Source: Thermoplasmatota archaeon (lineage in GTDB: Archaea; Thermoplasmatota; Thermoplasmata; Lutacidiplasmatales; UBA184). From it: DNA of 49,758 bases. A model generated the notes under the pieces. It was not told the DNA's origin. It did no database searches and was given only the letters and a program-made list of their open reading frames with translations. Positions 25,177 to 33,597 of this stretch are shown here, piece by piece; within the stretch, counting starts at the first letter, position 1, and the number at the start of each line of letters is the position of its first letter. Position numbers and translations under genes: made by a program. The stretch spans positions 1-49,758 of the forward strand of contig DAIQBL010000002.1 of the NCBI GenBank assembly GCA_036781185.1, given 5' to 3'.

Positions 25177-27355
25177 GGTCGCTCGACTCGGTCGCCGTGC
25201 GTCGGCCGCCGCCCACCTCGGCGAGGACGGCTTTCGCGAGCGGCCGGGACTTGAGGAGCGTTTCGAGCTGGTCGAGCCGGGCGCCCTTCAGCGCATCCCG
25301 GTCGGCGAACCCCGCCCGGAAGAGCGCGCGGCCCCGGACCCGGCCGATTCCCCGCAGCCGCACGAGGTCGAGCAGCTCCTCGGCGACCCCGTAGCGCACC
25401 CGAAGCGAAAGCTCGTCGATCGCCCGCGCCGCCCGCCGCTGGAAGCGGACGGCGAGGCGGCTCGCCCCGAACAGAAGCCAGTCGGCGTCCTCGACCTTCG
25501 CCCGGACGTCGCCCGCCCCGATGCCGAACCGTTCCGTCAACTCGACGAGCGGGGTCTCGGTGATCCAGGCCTCGAGGACGCTCGCCGTCTTCAGCGTGGC
25601 GAGGAACAGGTCGAGGTCGAGCCGAAGCGGCTCCTCCTCGGGCTTGATCAGCAGCTCGGGCTCCGAGTCGGTGAACCGGGCGAGGAGTTCCGCCTCCTCG
25701 CCGCGCCGCAGGAACATCGGCGGGAGGTCCGGCGTCGCCGCGACCGCGGCGAGCAAGGAGAACGGGCTCGGATTGATCGGGGCCCGCTCGAGCGCCTGCC
25801 GGAGGACGACGGAGCTCATCGGGTCGAGGTACAGCTCGCTCGTCAGGACCCCGAAAGGGGTGGCGCGGAGCTCCGCGACCGGCTCGAGGAACTCGTGTTG
25901 CTCGAGGAACCGTCGGACGTTCTCCACGACGACGGCGAGCTCGCGGAGCTCGACCGTGTGGCCGAAGAACGTCGCGGCGAAGAACTCCTCGAGCTCGGCC
26001 TCCGAGCCGACCTGCCCGCTCGCGACGAGCGCGAGGAGATGCATGCGGAGCGCCGGCTCGGCGGCGAGCCGCGACTGCACCCGCTCGGGGGGCGCGGAGA
26101 GGTAGTCGTCGAGGAACCGCTCCGCCTCCTCCTCGCTCCGGGCGAGCAGGACCGCCTCGCCGGCCGTGTCGAACCTCGGCCGGCCCGCCCGGCCGCACAT
26201 CTGCTGCACCTCCATCGCGGGGATCGGAGCCTGGATCCCGAGGTGATCGTCGTACCGGGTCGTGTCGCGCACGATCACCCGGCGGGCGGGGAGGTTGATC
26301 CCGGCGGCGAGCGTCGGGGTCGCGACGAGCGCCTTCAACGTCCGCTCCTTGAACGCCCGTTCGACGATCCGCCGTTCGGGGTTGGTGAGCGACGCGTTGT
26401 GGAACGCGACGCCGTCCGGGAGCAGTCCGGACAGGCGCCGGATCCCTTCCGTCTCCTCCTCGGCAACGGTGCCGAGCGCCTCGGCCGCCCCCCGGGCGGC
26501 CGCCTTCTCCTCCGGCGAGAGGGTGGAGCGGACGGTCGCCGCGAGCGATTGCGCGGTCTGCTCGCTCGCGCGACGGGTGTTGACGAAGACGAGCGCCTGA
26601 CCTCCGCCCCGGATCACGTCGCGGACGAGCCTCGGGAGCGCGTCGCCCGGGGGCGGCACGTCCCGGGTCGTGAGGTCGGTGAACAGGATCCGGCCGTCGT
26701 GGTAGACGCCGCTCTTGAGCGGCACCGGCCGGAAGTCGCTCGCCACGTGCCGGGCCTTCAGCCAGTCGGCGATTTCGGCCGAGTTCCCGACGGTGGCCGA
26801 GAGCGCGACGACCTGGAGGTCCGGGCGGAGCCGACGGAGCCGGGTGAGCGAAACCTCGAGCGTCGGACCGCGGTCGGGGTCTCGCATCAGGTGGACCTCG
26901 TCGGCAACGACGGCGCCGAGGCGCTCGAGCCAGGGCGCTCGTTTGCGGAGGAGGCCGTCGGCCTTCTCGCTCGTCGCGACGAGGATGTCGAGCTTGTCGA
27001 GCACGGCGTTCGACAGGTCGTAGTCGCCGATCGACAGGCCGACTCGGATGCCGAGGGGTTCGAACGCGCGAAGTTCGTCGTACTTCTCTTGCGCGAGCGC
27101 GCGGAGCGGAACGAGGTAGAGGCCGGTTCGTCCCGCCCGGGCCGCTCGGAGGAGCGCGACGTACGCCACGAGCGACTTGCCGCTCGCCGTCGGGCACGCG
27201 AGGACGACGCTCTCGCCGGCCAGGACGGGGCCGAGCGCCTCGGCCTGGGGCGGGTACAAGGAGGTGATCCCATCGGCTTCGAGGATCGCCCGGACGTCGG
27301 CGGGAAGCGCGACCGAGTCGAGCGGCCGGCGGGCGTCAGCGTCCTCCCCGGACAT
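25082..27355 (-). CDS. hel308: ATP-dependent DNA helicase Hel308 (Ski2-like)
   Basis: Start set at ATG 27355 (MSGEDADARRPLDSV...) in the 1164-aa track ORF. Motifs LYPPQAEAL, CPTASGKS, DEVH, SAT, TPTLAAGINLPA and QMCGRAGRP, plus a C-terminal HhH-type domain. Confidence 0.9.
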   Translation of the reverse strand: MSGEDADARRPLDSVALPADVRAILEADGITSLYPPQAEALGPVLAGESVVLACPTASGKSLVAYVALLRAARAGRTGLYLVPLRALAQEKYDELRAFEPLGIRVGLSIGDYDLSNAVLDKLDILVATSEKADGLLRKRAPWLERLGAVVADEVHLMRDPDRGPTLEVSLTRLRRLRPDLQVVALSATVGNSAEIADWLKARHVASDFRPVPLKSGVYHDGRILFTDLTTRDVPPPGDALPRLVRDVIRGGGQALVFVNTRRASEQTAQSLAATVRSTLSPEEKAAARGAAEALGTVAEEETEGIRRLSGLLPDGVAFHNASLTNPERRIVERAFKERTLKALVATPTLAAGINLPARRVIVRDTTRYDDHLGIQAPIPAMEVQQMCGRAGRPRFDTAGEAVLLARSEEEAERFLDDYLSAPPERVQSRLAAEPALRMHLLALVASGQVGSEAELEEFFAATFFGHTVELRELAVVVENVRRFLEQHEFLEPVAELRATPFGVLTSELYLDPMSSVVLRQALERAPINPSPFSLLAAVAATPDLPPMFLRRGEEAELLARFTDSEPELLIKPEEEPLRLDLDLFLATLKTASVLEAWITETPLVELTERFGIGAGDVRAKVEDADWLLFGASRLAVRFQRRAARAIDELSLRVRYGVAEELLDLVRLRGIGRVRGRALFRAGFADRDALKGARLDQLETLLKSRPLAKAVLAEVGGGRRTATESSDPTPPRPTEPTVSAPRVRPKGPKRLDEFEPNP

Positions 27356-27408
27356 TGGCCGGCCGACCCCCGGGACCAGAAAGCGCTTGGGCCGGACGTC
27401 GCCGTCCG

Positions 27409-28548
27409 TCAGGGACCCACGAGGCTCCGGCCGAGGATCAGCTCCTGGATCTCGGTCGTGCCCTCGACGATGGGGAAGACTCGGGCGTCCCGAAGGATTC
27501 GTTCGGCGGCCGCGCCGACGCGGCCCCCGGCCGGACCCGCGACGTCGACCGCGCGGTCGGCGAGCCGGACCGCGGCCTCGCTCGCGAACAGCTTCGCGGC
27601 CGACGCCGCGTCCACGTACGGCCGGCCGGCGTCCTTCTCCGCCGCGGCGTGGTCGACGAGCGCCTGCGCCGCGCTGAGGGTGACGAACGCCCGCGCCACT
27701 TCCCCTCGTTTCGCGTCTGAGGGATCGGTCACGGCGGCCGTCCGCATGGCGTCGAACGCCGCGCGGGCGACACCGAGGGCGCACGAAGCGATCCCGACCC
27801 GCCCGGCCGTGAGCGCCCCGAGCGCGATCCGAAGACCCTCTCCCTCGGAACCGAGAAGATTGTGCGCCGGGACCCGGGCGTCCTGGAATACCAGCTCGTT
27901 GGTCTCGCTCCCGCGCAACCCGAGCTTGTCGAGCTTGCTCGTCGCGGCGAACCCCGGCGTTCCCTTCTCGACCAGGAACGCGGAGATCCCATGGGAGCCC
28001 GCGGTCGGGTCGCGGGTCGCGAAGGCGAGCACCACGTCGGCCCGTGCCCCGTTCGTGATGAACATCTTCGACCCGTTCAGGACGAAACCGTGTTCGCTCG
28101 TCCGGTAGCGTGTGCCGAGACGCGCGGCGTCGGACCCGACCGACGGTTCGGTGAGCGCGAACGCCCCGAGACTCCGGCCTTGCGCCAGCGGCCGACCAAT
28201 CCGTTCCTTCTGTTCCTCCGTCCCGTGAGCGAACACCGGATGCGTACAGACGGAGAGATGGACGGACAGGAGGACGGCGACGGCGGGACTCGCGGAGGCG
28301 AGTTCGGCGAGGACGGCGGAGATCGCCCTCGTGTCGCCTCCCGAGCCGCCCCATTCGGGGGCAACTCCGAGGCCGAAGAAACCGGTCGGCCGCATCCGGC
28401 CGACGAGCTCGTCCGGCAATAGGTCCGAACGGTCGATCGCCTCGGCCTGGGGTCGGACGATCTCCTCGGCGAATCGGCGGGCGGCCGCCCGCCACGACCC
28501 CGGCTCGCTGGGCGTCGGAGCGGCCACGGGCTCGTCCACGCCGGCCAA
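27409..28548 (-). CDS. Acyl-CoA dehydrogenase
   Basis: 379 aa. Motifs GAFALTEPSVGSDA, FITNG and IVEGTTEIQELILGR, the ACAD C-terminal signature. Confidence 0.9.
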   Translation of the reverse strand: MAGVDEPVAAPTPSEPGSWRAAARRFAEEIVRPQAEAIDRSDLLPDELVGRMRPTGFFGLGVAPEWGGSGGDTRAISAVLAELASASPAVAVLLSVHLSVCTHPVFAHGTEEQKERIGRPLAQGRSLGAFALTEPSVGSDAARLGTRYRTSEHGFVLNGSKMFITNGARADVVLAFATRDPTAGSHGISAFLVEKGTPGFAATSKLDKLGLRGSETNELVFQDARVPAHNLLGSEGEGLRIALGALTAGRVGIASCALGVARAAFDAMRTAAVTDPSDAKRGEVARAFVTLSAAQALVDHAAAEKDAGRPYVDAASAAKLFASEAAVRLADRAVDVAGPAGGRVGAAAERILRDARVFPIVEGTTEIQELILGRSLVGP

Positions 28549-28596
28549 GTCTTAATCTGTTAGGCCCGCTCGTCAAGGGGGGCGAGCGAGGGACCG

Positions 28597-30504
28597 ATGG
28601 CCGCGACGGTCGTCGCCGAGAAGGACCGGTTCACATCTCTCGATTCGCTCGCGCTCGCCCGCGAGCTCCGCGCCCTCGGACGCGCCCACGTCGACAAGGC
28701 GTTCGATGTCGGACCCGACCGGGTCGCGATCACGCTCCGCGCTTCGGGGGCCGGGAAACGGGCGCTTCTGATCCGCCCCGGCCAGTACGCGGCCGTCCTC
28801 GAGTCGATCGCGGACCGGGACGAGGGACTGAGCCCGCTCGCGAAGGAGTTGCGCCGCGTGCTCGGTGGGGCGGCGCTGGTCGGAGTCTCCGACCCCGGCG
28901 GCGAGCGGTACTTGGAGGCCGAGTTCAGCCGCGGCGACGCCGATGGGCCATTGACCCTCGGCGTGGAGCTGTTCGGCTCCGGCAACCTCCTCGTGGCCAG
29001 GGCCGGCAAGCTCGTCGTCGTCGCGCATCCCAAGACCTGGGCCAACCGGGCCGTCCGCGTCGGCGCGCCGTACTCCCGGCCCCCGGTCCGGGTCGACCCG
29101 TTCCAGCTCGACGTCGCCGGCATCGAAACGCTCCTCCGAGCGTCTCGGACCGACCGGACGAGCACCCTCGCGGCGCGCCTCGGGCTCGGCGGCCCCCTGG
29201 CGGAAGAGATCGTGACGCGGACTGGCCTGGCGGGCGACGGGTCCGCCAGCACCGGTACGGAGGAGTTCGCCCCCCTGGTTCACCGCGCGCTCGCGGACCT
29301 CCTCGCCGAGGTCGGCGAGCGACCCGCCGGAAACGTCTACCTGCTCGACGGCACCCCCGTCGACGTGACCCCGTTCGAGTCTCGCCGACTCCTCGGTCGG
29401 GACGGGATCACCGCCGAGGCGAGTCCCACGTTCTCCGTGGCGGCGCACCGGTACTTCGACGGTCGGGCGGCGCGGGTGGCGCCGGTGGTCTCCGCGGCGG
29501 ACGGCCAGCGGGCCGGGTGGGAGCGGCAGCGTCGCCAACAGGAAGCGGCCGTGGCGGACCTCCGAGCCCAATCCTCGGAACTCACCCGGCAAGCGGACCT
29601 GTTGCTGGCCCACTACCCGGACGTCGAGGCCCAGGTGCGCGCCGCCGCAAAGGCCGAGCCCGGGGAGGGGGCGCTCGTCGTGACCGTCGAAGAAGTGACC
29701 ATCCCCGTCACCCGGGGGCAATCGATCCGGGCGGTGGCCCAAGCGCGATACGAGGAGGCGAAGAGGGCCCAGGCCAAGCTCGCCGGGGCGGTGGCCGCGC
29801 TCGCGCAATCGGATGAGCGGCTCGCTCGAGAGGTCCGGGCGGCGCTAGCGGAGGCTCCGAAGGCTTCCGCCGCAGTCGCGGCGCGCCGACGTACGCCGAA
29901 CTGGTTCGAGCGGTACCGGTGGTTCCACACCTCCGAGGGGATCCTGGTCGTTGGAGGCCGGGACGCCGCGACGAACGACCTGATCGTCCGCCGATACCTC
30001 AATCCGGGCGACAAGTACGTCCATGCCGACATCCACGGCGCGCCGAGCGTCGTCGTCAAACATCCGGCGCCCGGGGACCCGGCGTGGACGGATGCGAGCC
30101 TCGAGGAGGCGGCTCAGTGGGGGGTCGCGTTCTCGAAGGCGTGGCGGGCCGGCCTCGCGAGTGCGTCCGCTTTCGCGGTCGATGCCGACCAGGTATCGAA
30201 GCAGGGCGCGAGCGGGGAGTTCGTCGCGCGTGGGGCGTGGGTGATCCACGGGACGAAGCAGATGTTCAAGGACCTCCCGACCGAGCTCGGGCTCGGAACG
30301 GTCGAGGACCGGGGCGACACGCTGTGGGTCGTCGCGCCGCCGCGCTCCTTCATCGGGCGGGGAACGATCGCCTACCGCCTGACGCCCGGGCCAGAACGGG
30401 AACGGGCCGAGCGCGAGGTCGAGCTCGCGAAAGCGACCGGTCTCTCTCGGGACCGGCTCCAGTCGTTGCTCCCCTCGGGTGGGATCGCATACCGCCGCGC
30501 GTAG
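28597..30504 (+). CDS. NFACT-family protein (archaeal Rqc2/Tae2/FbpA homolog, ribosome quality control)
   Basis: 635 aa with an NFACT-N domain, a coiled-coil middle region, and the NFACT-R/DUF814 motif WFERYRWFHTSEGILVVGGRDAATNDLIVRRYLNPGDKYVHADIHGAPSVVVK. Confidence 0.85.
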   Translation: MAATVVAEKDRFTSLDSLALARELRALGRAHVDKAFDVGPDRVAITLRASGAGKRALLIRPGQYAAVLESIADRDEGLSPLAKELRRVLGGAALVGVSDPGGERYLEAEFSRGDADGPLTLGVELFGSGNLLVARAGKLVVVAHPKTWANRAVRVGAPYSRPPVRVDPFQLDVAGIETLLRASRTDRTSTLAARLGLGGPLAEEIVTRTGLAGDGSASTGTEEFAPLVHRALADLLAEVGERPAGNVYLLDGTPVDVTPFESRRLLGRDGITAEASPTFSVAAHRYFDGRAARVAPVVSAADGQRAGWERQRRQQEAAVADLRAQSSELTRQADLLLAHYPDVEAQVRAAAKAEPGEGALVVTVEEVTIPVTRGQSIRAVAQARYEEAKRAQAKLAGAVAALAQSDERLAREVRAALAEAPKASAAVAARRRTPNWFERYRWFHTSEGILVVGGRDAATNDLIVRRYLNPGDKYVHADIHGAPSVVVKHPAPGDPAWTDASLEEAAQWGVAFSKAWRAGLASASAFAVDADQVSKQGASGEFVARGAWVIHGTKQMFKDLPTELGLGTVEDRGDTLWVVAPPRSFIGRGTIAYRLTPGPERERAEREVELAKATGLSRDRLQSLLPSGGIAYRRA

Positions 30505-31124
30505 AGTCGCTCGACGTACCGCGCTTCGAACGAGTCCTCGAGGTGGCGCCAGGTCTTCCCCTTGGCGCGCAGCGCGGCGATGTGCCAGGTTCGGCCGTCG
30601 ACGGTGACCGGCCCCCCGACCGCGAGGATCGTGTCCGGCGGGAGTGTCAGTCGGGCGGCCGTCGTACGGCGGCCGTCGACCATCGAGACCTTCACGACCG
30701 CGCCGACATCGGGCGTCACCCAGACCGTGCGGACGTCGCGGGCGGTGGCGGTGCGGACGGAGCGTCCGTCCAGCCGGTCGATCTTGTGCACGACGGCGGG
30801 GGCGTCCCGGCCCGGCATCCGCTCGCCGAGGGTGATCGTCTCGTGCCCCGGGAGGCGGACGAGTAGCCGCGTCGAGGCGGCCCCATCCGAGACGATCTCG
30901 AACAGTTCATGCATCGCCGGGGCCGCGGTCCGGAACGGGTGGGTCGTCCGGCAGGTCCGGCACCGGGCGAGGCCCGAGACGACCCGTCGCTGGGCCGGGT
31001 CGAGATGCACGATCCGGTGGGGGGTGTCCTCCCCGCACACCTCGCAGTAGATGGTCGCGGCGTGGACCCCGGGCGCGGTGGGACGCCCGGGCTCCTCCGG
31101 AGACGTCTCCTCGCTCACGTCCAC
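30372..31124 (-). CDS. Archaeal zinc-finger protein (COG1326 / HVO_0476-like)
   Basis: GTG ORF of 250 aa. N-terminal CEVCGEDTPH...RCRTCRTTH zinc ribbon followed by a beta-rich domain. The last ~45 codons are Ser/Arg-rich and antisense to the NFACT gene 3' end. Confidence 0.55.
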   Translation of the reverse strand: MDVSEETSPEEPGRPTAPGVHAATIYCEVCGEDTPHRIVHLDPAQRRVVSGLARCRTCRTTHPFRTAAPAMHELFEIVSDGAASTRLLVRLPGHETITLGERMPGRDAPAVVHKIDRLDGRSVRTATARDVRTVWVTPDVGAVVKVSMVDGRRTTAARLTLPPDTILAVGGPVTVDGRTWHIAALRAKGKTWRHLEDSFEARYVERLYARRYAIPPEGSNDWSRSRERPVAFASSTSRSARSRSGPGVRR

Positions 31125-31157
31125 TCCGCTCCGCTCGACGTCGGGGACCGACGGGGA

Positions 31158-31265
31158 TGGGGCTGCCCGAATTTGAATCGGGGTCCCGGGCTCCCAAAGC
31201 CCGAAGGATGGACCAGTAGAGCGGCGCGGGGGCCGTCCCCGGCGCCGAAACTACCCCACAGCCCC
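31158..31265 (-). tRNA. tRNA-Pro (anticodon UGG) with a 34-nt insert in the D-loop (putative non-canonical intron)
   Basis: The minus strand reads GGGGCTG TG GGGT AG[34 nt]CTGGTCCA TCCT T CGGGC TTTGGGA GCCCG GGAC CCCGA TTCAAAT TCGGG CAGCCCC A. The cloverleaf is complete only after removing the insert. The mature length is 74 nt. Confidence 0.85.
31217..31250 (-). other. Putative tRNA-Pro intron (between D-loop positions 15/16)
   Basis: The insert is TTTCGGCGCCGGGGACGGCCCCCGCGCCGCTCTA. It forms the helix CGGCGC/GCGCCG plus GGGG/CCCC with loop ACGG, and a 3-nt TTT bulge sits next to the exon GTAG helix. Confidence 0.6.
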
Positions 31266-31278
31266 GCCACCGGCTCCC

Positions 31279-31707
31279 TCAGAGGGCGTCCACGCGCTTG
31301 AGGGTTCGCCCAATCCGGCACTCGGCCGGTTCTGGGTGGACCTTCGCGATCCGGAAGCGCTGCTTGGCCGGAAGCGATGGCCCGGAGCAGATCTCCCAGC
31401 TCGAGCAGTCGAGGCGATTGCAGCCGTACCGGCCCGTCTCGATCGAGCTCCCGACGACGGCAGTCTGCGACTCGACGACGAGGGCCCGGGGGATCCCCTC
31501 GACCTCGACCACCGCGGCGGTCGTCTCCTGGAGCGCGCACGGGTGGCTCACCGGCCGGACGTGCGTGACGGTGTAGCGCCGGCCCGGGTCGAGGGTCAGA
31601 CAGGCGTGGCGGTAGGGGCAGGTACGGCAGACCGGCGCGGCGCCCTGGAAGGTGAACTCGAAACCGACCTTGGCCTGCGATTGCGATAGGAGGGTGATGC
31701 CCGACAT
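31279..31707 (-). CDS. UPF0179 family archaeal protein
   Basis: 142 aa. Motifs FEFTFQGAAPVCRTCPYRHACLTLDPGRRYTVTHVRPVSHPC and VVEVEG match the pattern I recall for UPF0179. Confidence 0.7.
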   Translation of the reverse strand: MSGITLLSQSQAKVGFEFTFQGAAPVCRTCPYRHACLTLDPGRRYTVTHVRPVSHPCALQETTAAVVEVEGIPRALVVESQTAVVGSSIETGRYGCNRLDCSSWEICSGPSLPAKQRFRIAKVHPEPAECRIGRTLKRVDAL

Positions 31708-31710
31708 GGC

Positions 31711-32817
31711 TCAGTCCACGACACCCGTCACCAGGGCGAGTCGCTCGGCGGCCTCCCGGCTCAGCCCGTTGTCCCCGAGGATGGTGTATCGCTCCGGCCG
31801 GATGGTGTGCGCCCGGACGAGCGCCTCGACGACCTCGTCCCGCCGGACTCCGAGCTCGGCGGCGGTGACCGGTGCGCCGATCACCTGGAGCGCGGTCCGA
31901 ATGCGGCGCCAATCGCCGCCGTGCAGGTACATCATCATGATCGCCCCGACGCCGCATTGCTCGCCGTGGAGGCTCGGATGCTTCGCGCTGGAGTCGAGGG
32001 CGTGGCTGAACAGGTGCTCGCTCCCCGAGCACGGCCGGGAAGACCCGGCGACGCTCATCGCGAGCCCCGCCACGATGATCGGGCGGATCGCGATCCACGC
32101 GGACTCTTCCAAGTTCGGCTTGATCAGAGCGGCGTGCTCGGCGATCTCCTGGGCGGCGTACTCGGCGAGCGTCGCCGCGCTCGAGGAGAACTCCTCGTTG
32201 CGGAGCCTCGCCGCGAGCTTCCAGTCCAGGACCGCCGTCACGTTCGAGATCACGTCCGCGCACCCCGAGGCGAGCAGGCGGAACGGCGCTTGGACGATGA
32301 TCGATGTGTCCGCGAGGACACCCATCGGCACCACCGCCGGCTCGCTCGTCACCTTCCCGGAGTCGCGGAGGGACGCTCGCGGCGAGGCGATCCCGTCGTG
32401 CGCCGCCGAGGTCGGGACGCTCACGAACGGCAGGTGGGCCCGCGCGGCCGCGACCTTGGCGATGTCGATCTTGCTTCCGCCGCCGACGGCGATCAGGAAC
32501 CGCGCCCCCGAGCTCCGGACTTCGCCGAGCACCCGGTCGACCTCCACCGAGGTCGCGTCGTGGGCGATGATCGTGGCGACGTCGAACTTCGACTCGTTGA
32601 GGATCTCGACGGCCCGGCGTCCGGCCAGCGGAAGGGTCGTCGGCCCCGTCACCACCGCGCCGCGGTCGGGAAAGTCGAACTGCCGGCACATCGCGCCGAG
32701 CTCGGCGAGGACCGCGTGCCCGGCCAGGACGCTCCGCGGGAAGACCATCGACCGGGCCTTGCCGAACACATGGGTCGGGCCGAGGTCCAACGGGCGCGAG
32801 GGGACCTCCGGCGGCAT
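31711..32817 (-). CDS. egsA: sn-glycerol-1-phosphate dehydrogenase
   Basis: 368 aa. Motifs LIAVGGGSKIDIAKV, VSVPTSAAHDGIASP and CSGSEHLFSHALD (G1PDH / iron-ADH-like fold). Confidence 0.9.
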   Translation of the reverse strand: MPPEVPSRPLDLGPTHVFGKARSMVFPRSVLAGHAVLAELGAMCRQFDFPDRGAVVTGPTTLPLAGRRAVEILNESKFDVATIIAHDATSVEVDRVLGEVRSSGARFLIAVGGGSKIDIAKVAAARAHLPFVSVPTSAAHDGIASPRASLRDSGKVTSEPAVVPMGVLADTSIIVQAPFRLLASGCADVISNVTAVLDWKLAARLRNEEFSSSAATLAEYAAQEIAEHAALIKPNLEESAWIAIRPIIVAGLAMSVAGSSRPCSGSEHLFSHALDSSAKHPSLHGEQCGVGAIMMMYLHGGDWRRIRTALQVIGAPVTAAELGVRRDEVVEALVRAHTIRPERYTILGDNGLSREAAERLALVTGVVD

Positions 32818-32843
32818 GGGGACGGGTCCCGGACGGGCCTCGG

Positions 32844-32852
32844 CTATTAAGG
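32844..32852 (-). promoter_or_regulatory. TATA-like element (CCTTAATAG on the minus strand) upstream of egsA
   Basis: AT-rich 9-mer starting 27 nt upstream of ATG 32817. Confidence 0.45.
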
Positions 32853-32865
32853 ATTCGAGAGGCGG

Positions 32866-33495
32866 TCAGCGCCCCGGAACGTCGCCGAACAGCACCTTGT
32901 GCTCCTGCACCATCACCCGCACGTCCAGGTGGTCGGCCAGCACCCAGTCCGCGAGCGCCCCTCCATCGGAGCCGTACACGGGCTGGAACACGACGTTCTC
33001 CGGCATCGGTTCCCGGGCGAGGACCGCCTTGGCATACCGGTAATCCCGCCGGTCCTGGATTACGAATTTGACCACGTCCGTCGGGCGCAGCAAGGGAAGG
33101 TTGGCCCAGCGGTTCCGGTTCTCCATCTTCGAGGAGGGCGTCTTCACGTCGACGCTCAGCACGACGTGCGGGAGGTCGAGGTACGGCGAGACGTCGAGGG
33201 ACCCGCCCGTTTCCACCACGGTCGTGAGGCCCCGCTCCCCGAACTTCCGGAGAAGCTCGACGGACTCCCGCTGGATCAGCGGCTCCCCGCCGGTGAGGCA
33301 GGCGTAGTGGGTCTTGTGTCGGGCCACCTCCCGAACGATCGAGGTGAGGGAGCGCTCCTTCCCCGGGCCGAACGAGTACGGCGTGTCGCACCACGCGCAC
33401 CGGAGATTGCAGCGGGCCGTCCGAACGAAGGACGTCCGGAATCCCGTGAGCGGGCCCTCGCCCTGCACGGAGTGGAAGATCTCGATGATCCGCAC
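32866..33495 (-). CDS. queE: 7-carboxy-7-deazaguanine synthase (radical SAM)
   Basis: 209 aa. Motifs EIFHSVQGEGPLTGFRTSFVRTARCNLRCAWCDTPY and LTGGEPL. Confidence 0.9.
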   Translation of the reverse strand: MRIIEIFHSVQGEGPLTGFRTSFVRTARCNLRCAWCDTPYSFGPGKERSLTSIVREVARHKTHYACLTGGEPLIQRESVELLRKFGERGLTTVVETGGSLDVSPYLDLPHVVLSVDVKTPSSKMENRNRWANLPLLRPTDVVKFVIQDRRDYRYAKAVLAREPMPENVVFQPVYGSDGGALADWVLADHLDVRVMVQEHKVLFGDVPGR

Positions 33496-33565
33496 GGCCC
33501 CGGGAGACGGAGCGCCGCGCCTTTACCGCTTCCGGGCGGGGAGCACGGGGTCGCCGCCGTCGGCG

Positions 33566-33573
33566 TCTAATAC
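33566..33573 (+). promoter_or_regulatory. TATA-like element TCTAATAC upstream of leuS
   Basis: AT-rich octamer ending 25 nt upstream of ATG 33598. Confidence 0.45.
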
Positions 33574-33597
33574 GCGGTCCGGCTCGAAGCGCCGACG

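Noticed and set aside
25082-28576. Single 1164-aa ORF that would fuse a 407-aa N-terminal region to Hel308.
   Set aside because: The upstream 407 codons are Arg/Gly/Pro-rich low complexity and lie antisense to a clear acyl-CoA dehydrogenase gene (27409..28548). The helicase motifs begin right after the internal ATG at 27355.
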